64,000 nt of DNA from the NCBI GenBank assembly GCA_015680685.1, contig MNCI01000596.1, forward strand, positions 624,612 to 688,611, written 5' to 3'. Position numbers and translations under genes: made by a program. Shown here one piece after another: positions 37,370 through 51,099 of the stretch (position 1 is the first letter of the stretch; each line of letters begins with the position of its first letter). The stretch is from Gnetum montanum. Taxonomy: Eukaryota > Plantae > Gnetophyta. Below the pieces are notes generated by a model. The model was not told where the DNA came from. It worked only from the letters and a program-made list of their open reading frames with translations, and did no database searches.

Positions 37370-38400
37370 TAATTCGGTTGTACATCTGTCTTAGTGTACC
37401 TTCATGTCTCTGTTGCCACGTTTAGTGGATTGGTATGACGATAACGAATGCGTCGGCGTCGGGCACTGCGGCTGTTTTGGGAAATTCGGATTGCAGGTTC
37501 TAGGAGTGAACAACATTTGTGATTTGCATTTTTAACCACCTGAAATTTTGAAATGAGTTCCTAGCCGCGATGTTATTTCTATTTTCATCCTTGTTGTAGC
37601 AATCAAATTCATCTATTTCTGCCTGTATTTTCCAAGGCATTCCTGGCCGCGGTGAATCCTTGGGCACACAACCACGAAATTTGCTGAGTTGTTTGAAAAC
37701 AACACTGAGGCGGGTAGGGTTTGGTGATGCGTAGAATAGTGGTGCAGAAATCGATAGGGTTTGGTGGTGTGCGAGGCTACACAGAGGCCCTTATGGCTCT
37801 GTTTAATGTGGAACAGAGGTGGTCATCACTGCTCGTGGTCTGTCAATTCAAACCTCCGTTGACCCAGAATGTTGTTCTAAAAAAAAAAGAAACGTCGATG
37901 ACTATTTTTTTTCATTTTCCTGAAAACAGTAGATTAGGGATTGAGTCGTCCCTATCCATATTAGAACGAGTGGAACGAAGTGCTTCCTTGGGGTTACGCA
38001 GCGCTTAGTAGTGAGACGAACCTGCATTCGATTCAAATCATAACCAGAGGGCTTGGCACGGGGAATGAGTCTTGGGCTCGAGGTCCTCCGGGGATTTTCG
38101 GTGATCACACTTTCTTTTTCAGGCCCATATTTCAGTCACTGCTTCCATTACTAGGGTTCGTGTGGTGATGGCGATTTTCCTGGTGCCTGTCTGCGTCGTG
38201 TTATGCATTGTGCGGCCAGCGATTTTGTCACTCCTACTGCCTAGGTAAAAATGTGATGTGATTTTCTGGAACACCATGATTGGGAGTGGACTGGAAACCC
38301 TACAAATTTTTGGGTGCTTCAAAAAATTAGAGATTCAACCCAATCAGATTATTTTCGTTCATGTTCTGTTTGCTTGTAGTCACGCAGGATTTGTGCACGA
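37370..38400. promoter_or_regulatory. CpG-retaining promoter/5'UTR-like island with telo-boxes
   Basis: Abundant CG against a depleted background; TAGGGTTT at 37715 and 37755, AAACCCTA at 38295. Confidence 0.5.
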
Positions 38401-38429
38401 ATGATTAATTTTAAAATCTTCCGAGAAAG

Positions 38430-38580
38430 TCTTCAAAATAGTTGACGTTGCCTTCAAAGTTGTTGAATGATAAATTTAAAATCTGAAGAAAAGTAAGGTT
38501 GGACAAAGACTCTGGAATAGAACCTATAATCTTGCTATGAAAAAAAAACATGTTCTCTTGTGCAAGCTTGTTGCCCAAGG
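38430..38580 (-). pseudogene. Fragment of extracellular-type plant LRR (RLK/RLP)
   Basis: KIIGSIPESLSNLTFLQILNLSFNNFEGNV fits the LxxLxLxxNxLxGxIP consensus; only about 1.5 repeats. Confidence 0.75.
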
Positions 38581-39625
38581 ATTTTGACCGGTTCCCATCA
38601 AAAATGTTTGAAGGAAAAATTAACATTGACCGCATTCAACCATTCAACAATATGAATTGCAATGTTTCTGTTTAATCAGTGCAGAAATAATTTTACCCTA
38701 CACCACTAGACTGCTAAATTTGTGTTGTTGCAGAGATTCATAAGCTTACTATAGGAATGGTGCTCCTATATATATTTTTTCTTAAATAAAAAGAATGCTA
38801 TTGTTAACTTATTCTTTTCCTTTCAAGCTGAAAATTTAGCCACTTCTCCAAAAACTCTTAACCAATTTAATCCTGCCTGCTCCATGAAATGGCCACATGT
38901 GCCAACACTAGTCTAGCCATGCTCATAGTAGGTAGACCTAGAAATAAGCTAGAGCAACAAGTGATCATAGTTAATGCACCATATGAAAAATAGTTTGTAG
39001 ATAGGAAAGATGTCCAACAAAAAGTTACACATTGCAAACTTTGAACTTTAAGTAGTTAAGGTGAGCTACTAGAATTAGAAGGACATCGTAGCAAATTTGA
39101 TCCAAAAAATGATAGATTACCAAAAACTAAGAAAAGTGGCTAGAGAATTTGAGGAAGAATGATGATAGTTCATGACATGGTATGTGAAGGTAAATAAGAT
39201 GTTTTCACAAATACCTTGCCCCTAAAAAGTACCAACTCTAGCAAACATTGTTAAATTCGCCTAGATGGTACATGATCTCAGATCAGAAGAAGAAAAGATT
39301 TGGGCATTACTTAACCATTGTCAATTTCAAAAGTCTAATGACAAAGAAAAGAAACCAATGGAGGATCCACCACTACTATGAACCTAATGACTACATCGAG
39401 CTCCAAAGTTTTGTTTTGTCTTATTTTATTATCATATGTGTCCATCATGTAATGCATGATAATTTTGTAAACATCACTTGAATCACAATTCTACATTCGT
39501 AGTAGAGTTAGTCATGTAAATAAGTCATAGTATACAAGTTTATATACAACCCCAAAAATTTTGTAAGGGACTCTATCATCATTTTTCTTAACTTAAGGAT
39601 GAGTTTCCAGTTAGTTGTGAGGGTA

Positions 39626-40531
39626 TGATAAAATCATTTTAGTCATCCAATGTAATATCCTATTTACAATATTGTAGCTTTGCTTATGTCATCGTAGATA
39701 TGATGCAGTGGATCTTGGTCTCCATTATAAATACCAAATCACTGTCATGTCAAAGGAACAACTTTGTTCCAACACTTAGGCAAATTCTTGTAGTTTTTTC
39801 TCTTGATTTACACTTAGTAATATAGTGAATGCCCATAGTATGGTAGTAATCAATTATATGGAATCTTTATTTGAGTGAATTGTTCTTGAGCATAGTTCAT
39901 GACTAGAAATAAAGATCAAGATTTTTCCACTAGTACAACATTCTACTAATCTACTTGACATTAATTAGTTCATTTTCTTACTTAGTTAATTTTCATCTTT
40001 TTAATATGCTTACTTTGATTAAATCATTTATAGATTCTAAGGACTTTACTATTCCATCATTCATTAATATGGTATTATAGGTACAACTAGTTTTGAACAT
40101 ATAGTATAATTTTTTGGTAATCCCAGTATTGTTATTACTTGGTTCACTTAGTAGCATAATACTTGACAACCCCAGTGATAGTTGCATAAGCCCAAGACAT
40201 GAATGGTAAAACTAGGAATGGATACTTATTGCCTATAAGATAGAATAGTTTCTCTACTTGCATTGCACTTAGATTTAGATTCTATTAATCTATTTTGATT
40301 ATGTTTACACTTAGTCTTAATTTGAGCCAACACCATCAATCTATCATATGTCTCACCAAGAGTTAAACCATACAACTTGCACTTTAATAACTTAAAGTGA
40401 GGAGACAATGATCATTAACTAAGCCTCAACTACTAGTGAATTTATATTGACCATTCATGGATTATGATCAAGTCACACATGTATACTTGTGATTTGTATG
40501 ATGAAGTGTTGGAATACCTAGGTGATCATCA
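39626..40531 (+). repeat. Old Athila-type 3' LTR (element D), preceded by 3' internal sequence from about 38900
   Basis: Decayed PPT agttgtgagggta, TGATA..TCATCA ends, aataaagatc motif and the shared U5 hairpin module. Confidence 0.75.
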
Positions 40532-43376
40532 AGTAGGGAAAGGGAAGTGTCTTCCTATTTTTCTCATTTTCTTTAAAAGATTTTTTGATTTTAAGGAAGG
40601 TGAGTTAGGGTAGGTTGACATGGAATTTTCTTCTTAGAGTTGCACATGCCTTGGTGGAAAAGGTAGTTACCTTGCTAGGCCTCATAATGTGATTGAGGTG
40701 AGATGCCATGATCTTGAAATAGGCTCACTCTACTTTGATAAGGGCACTATAGTCCTTATGGTTTACTCCATAGCATTATTGGATCCATTTTTTTCTAGCC
40801 TCAAGATTTTCTTGTGTTGAGATTTCTACTAGCTTTGCCCTAGTATTTAGCAATTTGAGGATCTCTATAATTACCTTAACTACATAGGAGATGGTAATAT
40901 CCTTGATTTTCACAGTCATATCTCCTTGTTAGTTGTTCTAGAAGAGACAAGTCTCTTCCATTTATCATTTTCCATTGAAGGAGAGAATGGACCATAGAGA
41001 AGACCCTTGCAATTTTTTTTGACCTCTTTTGCTACTAGCTCTAGGAAAGATTTGAAATTTAACTCCTAAAGAATGGAGCTTTGAACTTCCTTGCTGTGGA
41101 TCTTCTCCAAGAAGGCCTTTGTAAATGTGACCTCCAAGTTAGATTACAGTCTTGAGAGTTCATCCTACCTAGACTATCCTATCTTTGCTATGGAAATCTA
41201 GCAAATAGAGTTCACCTTGGGCTTCTCTCGTAAGAGCTTTGTAGCATGGATCACCTTAGTAGCCTATTCTTGGGGTGGTTTCTATTGTTATGGTTATCCT
41301 ATTCCTACTCAAGGCTGTTTTTCTCAAGGTTGCGATGAGCCTCATATTTGAAGTTCTTTCTCTTGTGTCATTTATGATCGCAAACTTAACCCAAGATTAG
41401 TTAGTTGGATATAAACTTGTTTATATATAATACCTTGCACTGTTTGATGAGGTTAAGTTGGTTGAATGTTAAAATTTTATCATTAAGTTCTTATTTTGTT
41501 ATCATAGATGTATGATAATATTTTATTATTATTTTAAGTTTTTTTTGATGAAGGTTGGATGTTGGTATTAACATTTTGGATTATTATTTTAATACCTTAT
41601 CTATGAAGTGTTAGCAAGATTTTTTGAAAAATTTTGTTCAAAAATTTCAATGTTTAATTTTTCCATGACATAAAGTGTACCACCAAAAGCTTGAGAATCA
41701 AAAAATGGATGAAAACAGGTAAGTGTTAAGAAAGTTATGGCTCTTGAAATGCTCTACACTCTAGAAAATTATGAAAACTCCTCTTGTGTTTAACGAAAAT
41801 GATAAAAAAATGAGCTAAGTTTCACATGTATTTATAGCATATTTGTGCCTCATCGATGAGGATGTGTTGATGCGGTTGTTCATAGTCATTTTTCAACTTA
41901 AGATATTAAGGAAATTTGAATGAGTTTGGAGTCAAAACAGGAACTAAATGAAAGGAGAAAAGCTAGGAAACCAAGGTAACATCTTTTGAAGTTCTAAGTA
42001 AGAAATTAGGGTAAATCAAGTACATGGAATGAGGAAATATGAGATGTTTCTTAAGCAATATTAGAAGCAAACTAGGTGATGTAGACTATCTAGGTTATGG
42101 AGTTTATGGATGATGTAGGCTTAGGGATATGGAATTTATACTGAAGGTAACTAAAAGTTATGTAAGTGGATCCTTCCTAAAATGGGCTTATGCCTAAAGA
42201 TTCCCTTAAACTCATCATAGGGATTTTGTAGGAACCTTGGATGATGAATGGTGGTTCATTTTAGATACCATAACAACATAATGGATTATCTGAAGATTAT
42301 GTAATCTACAAAACAAGACCAATAGCTGACCATAACATGGGGTAGTGAGGTGAGAAAATAGAGTGCTAGAATGGTAAAGAGAGTTTGTGAAAGAAAAATT
42401 TATATCATAGTTACAAAAGATCCTTCATGAAATGCATGATTAGAATGATCCAATGCTAGTCTGTTTTGAGTATAGACCAAGTCCATACCAAGTTTAGTAG
42501 CTTTACATTGATGTATTCCTTCTTTCTTACCATGATGAGTTTATGACAACCACAAAGAATAATCATCACTCTAAGAAAAGAAGAAAAGAGAAGAAGGAAG
42601 TAGTTAGAGTATATTTAGAAAGAAATTTAAGCCATAGTTAGAATGGTGCCTTTAAGCATGATTGACATGTCTATCTAGCCTAATAATCAGTTCTTGCATC
42701 CCAAGAGATCTTTAGAGAGGTGTTCTTTGAATTCCTATTATTTGTTTTGGGAACCACACCTTACAAGGACATACTTCCTTTATGGTCAATAGTAGGAATG
42801 ATGACATGCCCATGAAGAGCCATAGAACTTAGGAGGAAAGTTGAAAAAAGAACCAACAAGTTCCCTTGAGGCTACAGACTTTTTCATTCCCTCTTAATTC
42901 TTTCCTAGGTCATTGAGCAATGAGTTTAGATGTTACTTTTAGTATTCATGTAAAAGAATCATCATGCTACCATGATATAGATCTTCTTATAAGATAGATA
43001 GAATGGATGGATGTCATGAGCACACTACCTAGTGTACTAGAAAATTGATAACTTATTAGTCGAGGGCATAATCCAAGGATAAAATTGACATGAATGAGAA
43101 ACTTTAATCTTTATAGATGCATTGAATAATTACTAAAGTTTACAATAGTCATGGAATAAAATTAGAGATTATCATTAAATTGAACAAAAGTAACAATGAA
43201 AGCCAAAGTAAAAGGGAAAAAGTAAAAAGTACAAAAGGAAAAAAATATAAACTAAATATTAAAATATAAAGAAAATGAACAATGTATAAAGAATGATGTA
43301 AAAAAAAAGAAACAAAAAGAAAAGAAAAGAAAAGAAAAATGTTTCATCCTCATCAAGATGTTAAGGTATCGGTTAT

Positions 43377-46300
43377 CTCCCCAACGACTAAGTTGAAAGT
43401 AGGAGATTTGAAAAATGAAGTGAGATTGTTCTTGATTTAAGGTATTATTGTTGTAGCTAGTTACTTGGAATTCTATGAAAGATTTAAGTTGTTGGATGTT
43501 GACTAGCATGTGCTTTTGGGGGCTTGTTGGATGGTAAATTATCATAACCTTAGAAGGAAAAGTTGAGTGTATAATATATGGTCCTTTTCATAATGTTTGG
43601 AACTTGGTCCATTATGGCACATGGATGGGATTCTAATAGAGAACCTTATCTCCTAGTTTGAATTCAACTTTTTGTATCTAGGTATCACGACATTATTTTT
43701 TGTATTCCTTGTACACTTCATTTATTATAAGAGCTACTTTATGATTTTTATCTAGCAGATTGATTATTATAAGTCTTTCTTTTACTGGTAGGTTAATGTC
43801 TAAGTCAAGCTCACATGTGTTTGTGAGTATACGAGGTTTAGTTTAAATTGGAAATTTAGGTAAATTTCTATATACTAACTCATAGAGAGAGTAGCCTATA
43901 GAAATTTTCCATATTGAGTGATATGCTAGGAGGACATCATTAAGTTTGATATCCTGGTGTTTGCTATATCTACTAATGGTCTATGTTATGATTTTAGTAA
44001 TCTCCCTATTCATTACTTTAGCTTGAATATTAGCTTAAGCATGGTAGGATGTTGTAAGTTTATGTTGCATCCCTAAGCATTGTATTAACTTATGGAAAGT
44101 AGCTCCTATGAAGTGTGTTCCTTTATCAGAAGTTAGTGGTCTAGCCATACCAATGCTATTTATCACTCATTGCTAGAAAAATCAAGCTACAGTAGTAGAG
44201 GTACAGTCAAGAATAGTTGTAGCTTTAGTCCATTTTATATAGTAGTCAACAACAATAATGATAGAAGACGTTCATTGGACATGAGAGTGATTGATCGCAT
44301 GAAGTTAATTTCTCAAATATTAAAGGCTTTGGTGGTTAAATCCACTATTGTCATTCATTAATCTTTTAACATCTTTCACACAAACAGGTAAAGTGATGGG
44401 TGTTCCTAAAGATCATTAACCAAAAATATCCTACCATTAGGATCTTTATGGCCATTCTCCTTCCTACAAAATGGTTCCCACAAGGGCCCTCATGAGCATC
44501 TTGGAGGAATCTTAGTTGATTTGTATTAGGTACACACCATTGTACTAGGACATTGGTGCAAACATTATATAGGTTTCCCTCTATCTCTATGTACTGCTTA
44601 ACTTGGTGGAGATACTGCTATTTTCTCCTATGGTCCCATCTAGTAGGAGACTCCTATATAAGTAGATATAAGAGGAATTTATCATATCAATATGTGATCC
44701 TTGATGTGTGAAATTTAGTTTCCTTAGTGAAGAGAATCTCATTTGGGAATTAATTAGACAAGGGTTCTTCATCATCATCATTATTCCATCTTGACTGAGA
44801 TAGATAATTTGCAACTATGTTTTTGGTTTTCTTTTTGTCCATCATAATTTGATCAAACTCCTGCAAGATTACCAACTATTGTATAATATAGGGACTTACC
44901 ACTTGCTTGTTCATTAGGAAGTAAATTAAACTATGATTAGTGTGCATAGAAATGAGATATATCAATACATAGTGCATACACCATCATCATGAATTTCTTT
45001 TATATATTGGTGTAATTGAGTTATGCATCCACAATGCTCTTACTTACATAATGAATATAATATGAACCTTTCTAATCATTCATTTTTGTAAGCACTACTT
45101 CCAATGCATAATTGGATGCATTTGTCATGATGTGAAAGGGTTTGGACCAATCAAAAGCATGTAGGATTCATATTTCTACAAGATTTTGCTTTATATTCTA
45201 GAATGCATATTTGCATTTCTTAGTCCATTCATATATTGCATCCTTCTTGGTAAGATCAACCAGTGGCTTGGAAAATTTGGAGAAGTTTTCAATGAAATGC
45301 ATGTAGTAACCAATATGGCCAAGAAATAACTTCATATCTTTAACTTTTTAAGGTTTTTTGGTGATTTCTTTGATAACTCTTATCTTTTTAGGATTTATCT
45401 TAATTCCCTTTTCTAAAATTCTATTCCCCAAGATAGTGCCATATTGGATCATTAAATGGCTCTTTTGCTAGTTGGGTCACAAGTTCATCTCCAAAAATCA
45501 TTTCAGTACGTACTCAAGATGGTTAAATGCTTGTTTAAAATCTACACCATTGGTGGAAAAGTCATCCATGAAGACTTCCACATCACTACAAATCTATTAC
45601 TAGAAGATACTGAGGACTAGGCATTAGAAAATTGTAGGAGTATTACATAGGCCAAAAGACATCTTATTGTATGCAAAAGTCCTCAAAGGACTTATGAAAG
45701 TTGTTTTAGCTTATCTTTTGGGATGATTTATATTTGATTGTACTGACTACACCCACCCCAAAAATTGTAATAGTTGTTTCTTGTAATTATTTCCAACTTT
45801 TAGTTTACAAATGACAATGAAAAATGGTCCTTGAATGTAGTCATGATTAATAGCCTAAAGTCTATATAGACTCTTCACTGTTGATCTTTCTTTGGTACAA
45901 TAACTAGTGGGCTTGCCCAGTCAATATATACCACTAAATAGATGAATCTTACCTTGAGAAGTTTTTCAACTTCATTTTAACAACTTGTTTTAACTTTCAA
46001 TTCAATCTCCTTTGTAGTTGTCTCTTATGTTTGATGGTGAGGTTTATGTAGATCCAATGCTAGCATATGTATGGATCTAGTTCTATTAATTCATCATATG
46101 GCCAAGCAAAGGCTATTGGCTATCTGTTCACTACCTTGAGCAAATTTTCCCTTTGTTCTTTAGTGAGCTAGTCATTAATGATTACCATTTTTTCATTGTC
46201 TAGGAATACATATATCAAAGATGCTAGTAAGGATTTTAGTTATAAGGATTCTTGTTTATAGGTATCAGGAATTTTCAATCCATTTCTACTTCTTTTCTAT

Positions 46301-49300
46301 AATCTAGTTCAAAAAGTTATATGTGAATTTTCTCCATCTCATCCATCTTATCTATATAGGCACTTGTGATGATTTCTAATGGTTCCATGTACATTATGGA
46401 ACTATAGCTATAATTTTTTGTTAGCCACTAGGTACCTTCTCATTTTATGGCTACTACATATAGGCACCTTTGAATGCTCATGGTTTCAGCATACTTACTA
46501 CATGCTATAATAGATGTGCTTATGATTGCTCATATTTTCTATGCACAATGGCACCCTATGTTATTGTATGTGATGCATGGAATCCTATTTTTCTTAATCT
46601 TATCAAATTTATTTTTCATAGAAATTTTCAAGGAAAGGTATATAATCCCTAATTTAGAATCAATTGTACGTAGCCAGGCCATTCCCATAATGATTGAATA
46701 GTCTCCTCTACAATTATCTACATGGATAAGTAGGAAGTTTATTGGATATGAGCATCTACAATGAGTGGTCACAATGTCATCTACCAATTCCAATGAAACA
46801 GTAATGGATTGGTTATAAGCTCTAACTTGATATTACATTTCTTAAGTAGATGTAGGTTCCATGTTTTATATATTTCTTGAGAAATTATGTTTATATCAAA
46901 ACTTGACTCTAATATTGCTTTTCATGGATCATTCCCTATAATCTATAACTAAACTAAAGGACTTTGAGGATTAGTTTTCTTTTAGTATCATGTTGGATTC
47001 AAGGCATAAACTCTAGATTCTTGCAAGTATAATAGTATTGGGTAACATCCCTTGGGATATTCATATTGGCAGATTTCACATCCTTCATATGTTATATCAA
47101 AATTTGCAACCTCATCAACTACCATAACCTTACCTTTCTATTGATGGTAGTCCTTTACTATATTTTTTTTTTTGCTTCTTTTGTCTTTGTCCTTGTTTCC
47201 CTACCTTGTTTTCTCCTTCATATTTTTAATAGTAATTTGGAAATTTTTATCCAAGGATTTTTATATTTTATCCACCCTAGATAGTATCTCTATGATAGAT
47301 GTTTGAATCAACAAAGTTTTTCTTTACAAAACCTCCTATAGTGGTGCTTTTTCCTTAGGATCACAGAGATGTATCTTCCTTTTGTGAATAGAAGGATCTT
47401 TGTTATACTCCTCTATACTTTCTCTCCTTTTTATCTCTTCTTTCTCTTTTTCCACTTGATCAATAAGCCTTTGTGTCCAATGGGTTCTCATTTTTGACAA
47501 TCTCCCTTGGGCATTGATCCTAAGAGTCTCTTTGAATTTATTCTTGTGTCCATCTATCACATGACAAAGATTCTTCATTTGAAAGAAATCATTACTTGGG
47601 CATCGATGTAACAAAGAATAGTATCTTCACAAGGCTACATCAATGGATTCATGATTACCTTGTTTTCACCCTAAAATCTGGTTTCTCAAGTTGGACATCA
47701 TGGAGTACATTTGATATTTATCATCATACAACTCCAATATTGAAATCCATCCATGGATAGATTCCAATTCCAAAGACTAGTGCCAACTTTCAACTTCTTT
47801 AATAAGTATTTTAGGGAACAATTTGATCTTTTTCTAGTCATTCTTAATGTTTTACAAGGCACAAGCATTATGAAATTCTTGCAAATTTTGTTCTGGATCA
47901 GCATTGTAATCTTCCTCGAACTTAAGGATGTTGTTCATATTAAGCCATTTGATTTAGCTATCCCTTTGATTCTTGGTGGAAGTATGACCTATCTCTAAGA
48001 TGTTCATCATGATTTGGTCAAAAGGATTTGTTCATCATAGTCATTATATTTGTGATGATCCCTATCATGGCCATGTCTTCTATGATGTGGCTTGCTATGC
48101 CTTCTCTCCTAATGATGTTTCTCCTCTTCTTGTTGTTGTTTATGTTTCCTTCTCCCATTCCTATGATGGGATCTTCTATCATTTTCACCTTGGTATTAAT
48201 CATTTCTCCTTATGTCACAGTTGCATTCTCCCTTGTTAGAGCTTGATAATGAGAAGGATAAAAACTAGGAGAGTTATGTTGGCTTACTTTCCTTCTCTAG
48301 TCCCTTTTTTTTTCTTTTGGTGGATGGCTGGAAAACATTGGTCTTGAGGTTCTTCTAGTTTTGGGACCAATTCTACCCTTACCTTGATTTCTTACAAAGG
48401 TTTAATGTAACCATTGATGAGTTGCATTATTCTCACAAAAGGGAGAAGGACCTTGGCATTGAGATCACCCTAATAGAAGTTTTGTATCCTCCTTTTCTAA
48501 CTATAAGGTTAATGTGATTAGGACCTTCTTACTCCTAGAAGCTTCAAGGTTAGCCTCCATGAGTTTATCTTTTCTAAGTTAGGCTCTATTGGTTGATAGT
48601 CTTTGGAGAGGTGTTCCATCACTTGGTATTTTGGGAATGTTGGTTCAAGTACCAACTTCATTAGTACTACCATGAATAGTGAGGAAATAGTATAATCAAG
48701 TGGCAACATAATGTTGTCCTTCAAGTTTCTTCAGTGTAGTTTCTCATTCTAGTGAATGATGAAAGTGAAATATATATAATTGGGATCTAGATGAATATAA
48801 AAAAACTTCAGTTATTGTGGTATGCCATTACCATTTCTCTTGGTCTTGTAATTTTATTTGTTAAGATCATCAGCAAGTAGAAAATCAACCCTGCTAGAAG
48901 AAGAAATTTTCTATTTATTCTTTTTTTCAGTATACCTTGAATAGAATATTATTATTTTTCCAAGGATGATGCATTATATTTCTACAATAACCTTTGTATG
49001 ATTTAACTATCTAAAATACTTAGTGCATAATAGTTAAAAGTTAGTCCCAAATAATGGAACCAATGATGAGTGATGAGTAGTCCCTATGCCTAATGTTACA
49101 AATCACAAGTGTGTTTGTGTGATTCGGTCAAACTCTATAGACATCTTTTACCTAAGTTTCTTTTATCCTACATAGTTAAACATGAGGTTACTAGTCATTG
49201 TCTTCCCAATTATCACTTGTGTTATTTCTATCCATATGACTAAGTGTGATTAAGGTGTAAGATATTTGTATTTATAATTTTATAATTTGTTATCTTTAAA

Positions 49301-49948
49301 AGTATTAAGAGATGAGGTAATTAAAATATTATACTTTACTCATTAATGAAACTAAATATAATCTAAACTATCCTAAATGTAGAGCATCCCTTCCTACTTT
49401 TTGTACATATCCTAAACTTATACTAACATTGTTGAATTACCAAGTGTTTACTTTTGGATGTACTAAGTATTCATTGGTAGGATTACCAAGCGTTAGCATA
49501 TTATGCTCAAAGTGGATTTACTCTCATTATTATGGAATAAAATATTAAATTCTTAAGTATAGAAAAGTAGAATGCATGTAAAATAAAATGATTGTAAGTA
49601 AACTAAATGCTAATTCAAGTGTTGCAATGAAGAGAAAAAATCTCAATTTTATTTCTATCATGCAAAAGTATCTAGGTATATCTTGTACTCAAATAAAAAT
49701 TTGTACAATTAATTCAATTCAGAATATGAGAACTTAGAGGGAAATTTTACTAAGTGATATAGCAAAAAATTGCAAGAGCTTCACTAGATGAATGATCAAA
49801 GGTATCATAAATGTAGCTAGTGTGTGCATTTATATATGCTTAGGAAGAATCATCATTGATGCATATGCTTCAACACATACAAGGATGCATTGATGAGGCT
49901 ATGTCGATGGGCATGCATCAATACAACAAACTTATTTAGACTTCATCA
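43377..49948 (-). mobile_element. Decayed Athila-type element E: 5' LTR 49064-49948, PBS 49045-49062, gag-PR-RT-RH-INT; 3' LTR not found
   Basis: TGATGAG..TTCATCA ends; gag LLHRCPS..NAQGRLS; PR IIMGMAWLRTID; RT VEVFMDDFST; INT HEGPCG and GPY; internal PPT ctcccccaacgact at 43377. Confidence 0.9.
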
Positions 49949-51099
49949 ACCTTTTGCTCCATTTTTCAAAACATGAACTTTTGGTGTAGTAGTCTTGGCA
50001 TGAAAAACATTGATTTTTGATAGTCTAGCAAGTTCACCCTAGGATTCCAAAAATTAAAATATTTTTCAAGTATGAGTAACCTTGATGCTAATGTTAGTGT
50101 AACCTCTAGGGTCATCCTTATTGTCTTGAGCTTAACACCTTCCACCTGCAAACGCCAACAATTTGATCTCAATTTTGATATTTTAGGCTCTTTAGTAACT
50201 ATTTGACATTGTTTCTAAGTTATCAAAAGGTATATTCAACATGCTTGGAGGCAATTTGGAAGGTAAAGGTTTAATTTTTTACTAAGTATAGCTAGGTGAT
50301 GTTGACATCAAAGTCAGCAACAATGTCATATTGGCTACATTCGCATCAAGCAAAGTCACCAACTTCAACATTTGCCAGCATCTCCCAAGTCCATAAGCTT
50401 CTTAGTGTTCTATAAGCACCAATATGATATAATTTGATGTTAGTTTGGGTGTTCGAAAAGATTCTGGAGGCTTGGGATTATAGTTTGAAAAATACAAGAA
50501 AATTTTTCTATCTCCTTGGTAACATTGACATTAATGCTAGCATCAACATGAGCATCACCTATCATGTGGCTTGCACCATCTATTATTTTAAGTTTAAGTT
50601 TTAGAAAATGAGCTTCAAGTTAACTTCACTTGACTTTTAGGTTAGATTTGAAAATTCTAAGCTTATAAATATGAGATTGAGACATAAATTTGAGGCTAGT
50701 TTCTTAAGATCTAGAGCTCTTTTTTAGATTTTGAAAGACCAAGATATGAGCATCTATCTTCATAGCATTTTCCACATGCTCCATGACCACCATAACACTT
50801 TGTTCGATGAGATTTTGATGCCATTCCTTCCATGCTTCCATCATCTACCTTAGTATAATGTGAGCTATGTCCATATTCATTGTTGCACCTTTGAAACTAT
50901 TTGCTTCCTACTTATAATCCCCCTCTTGGATAATATGTCCCTGTCATTGATCCCTAGTATTCCAACTAAGTTAATGCTCCTACTTTAAGACTTGTCATCT
51001 AGGTTATAAGCCACTAGGAATTAGACACAAAAATTTGCATTCTTACATGGGATAAGTCCTACTATTTCCATTGCTTATCTCCTTGATGTTCTTATTAGA

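Noticed and set aside
37715-37762. Interstitial telomere
   Set aside because: Isolated single TAGGGTTT units fit promoter telo-boxes, not a telomeric array.
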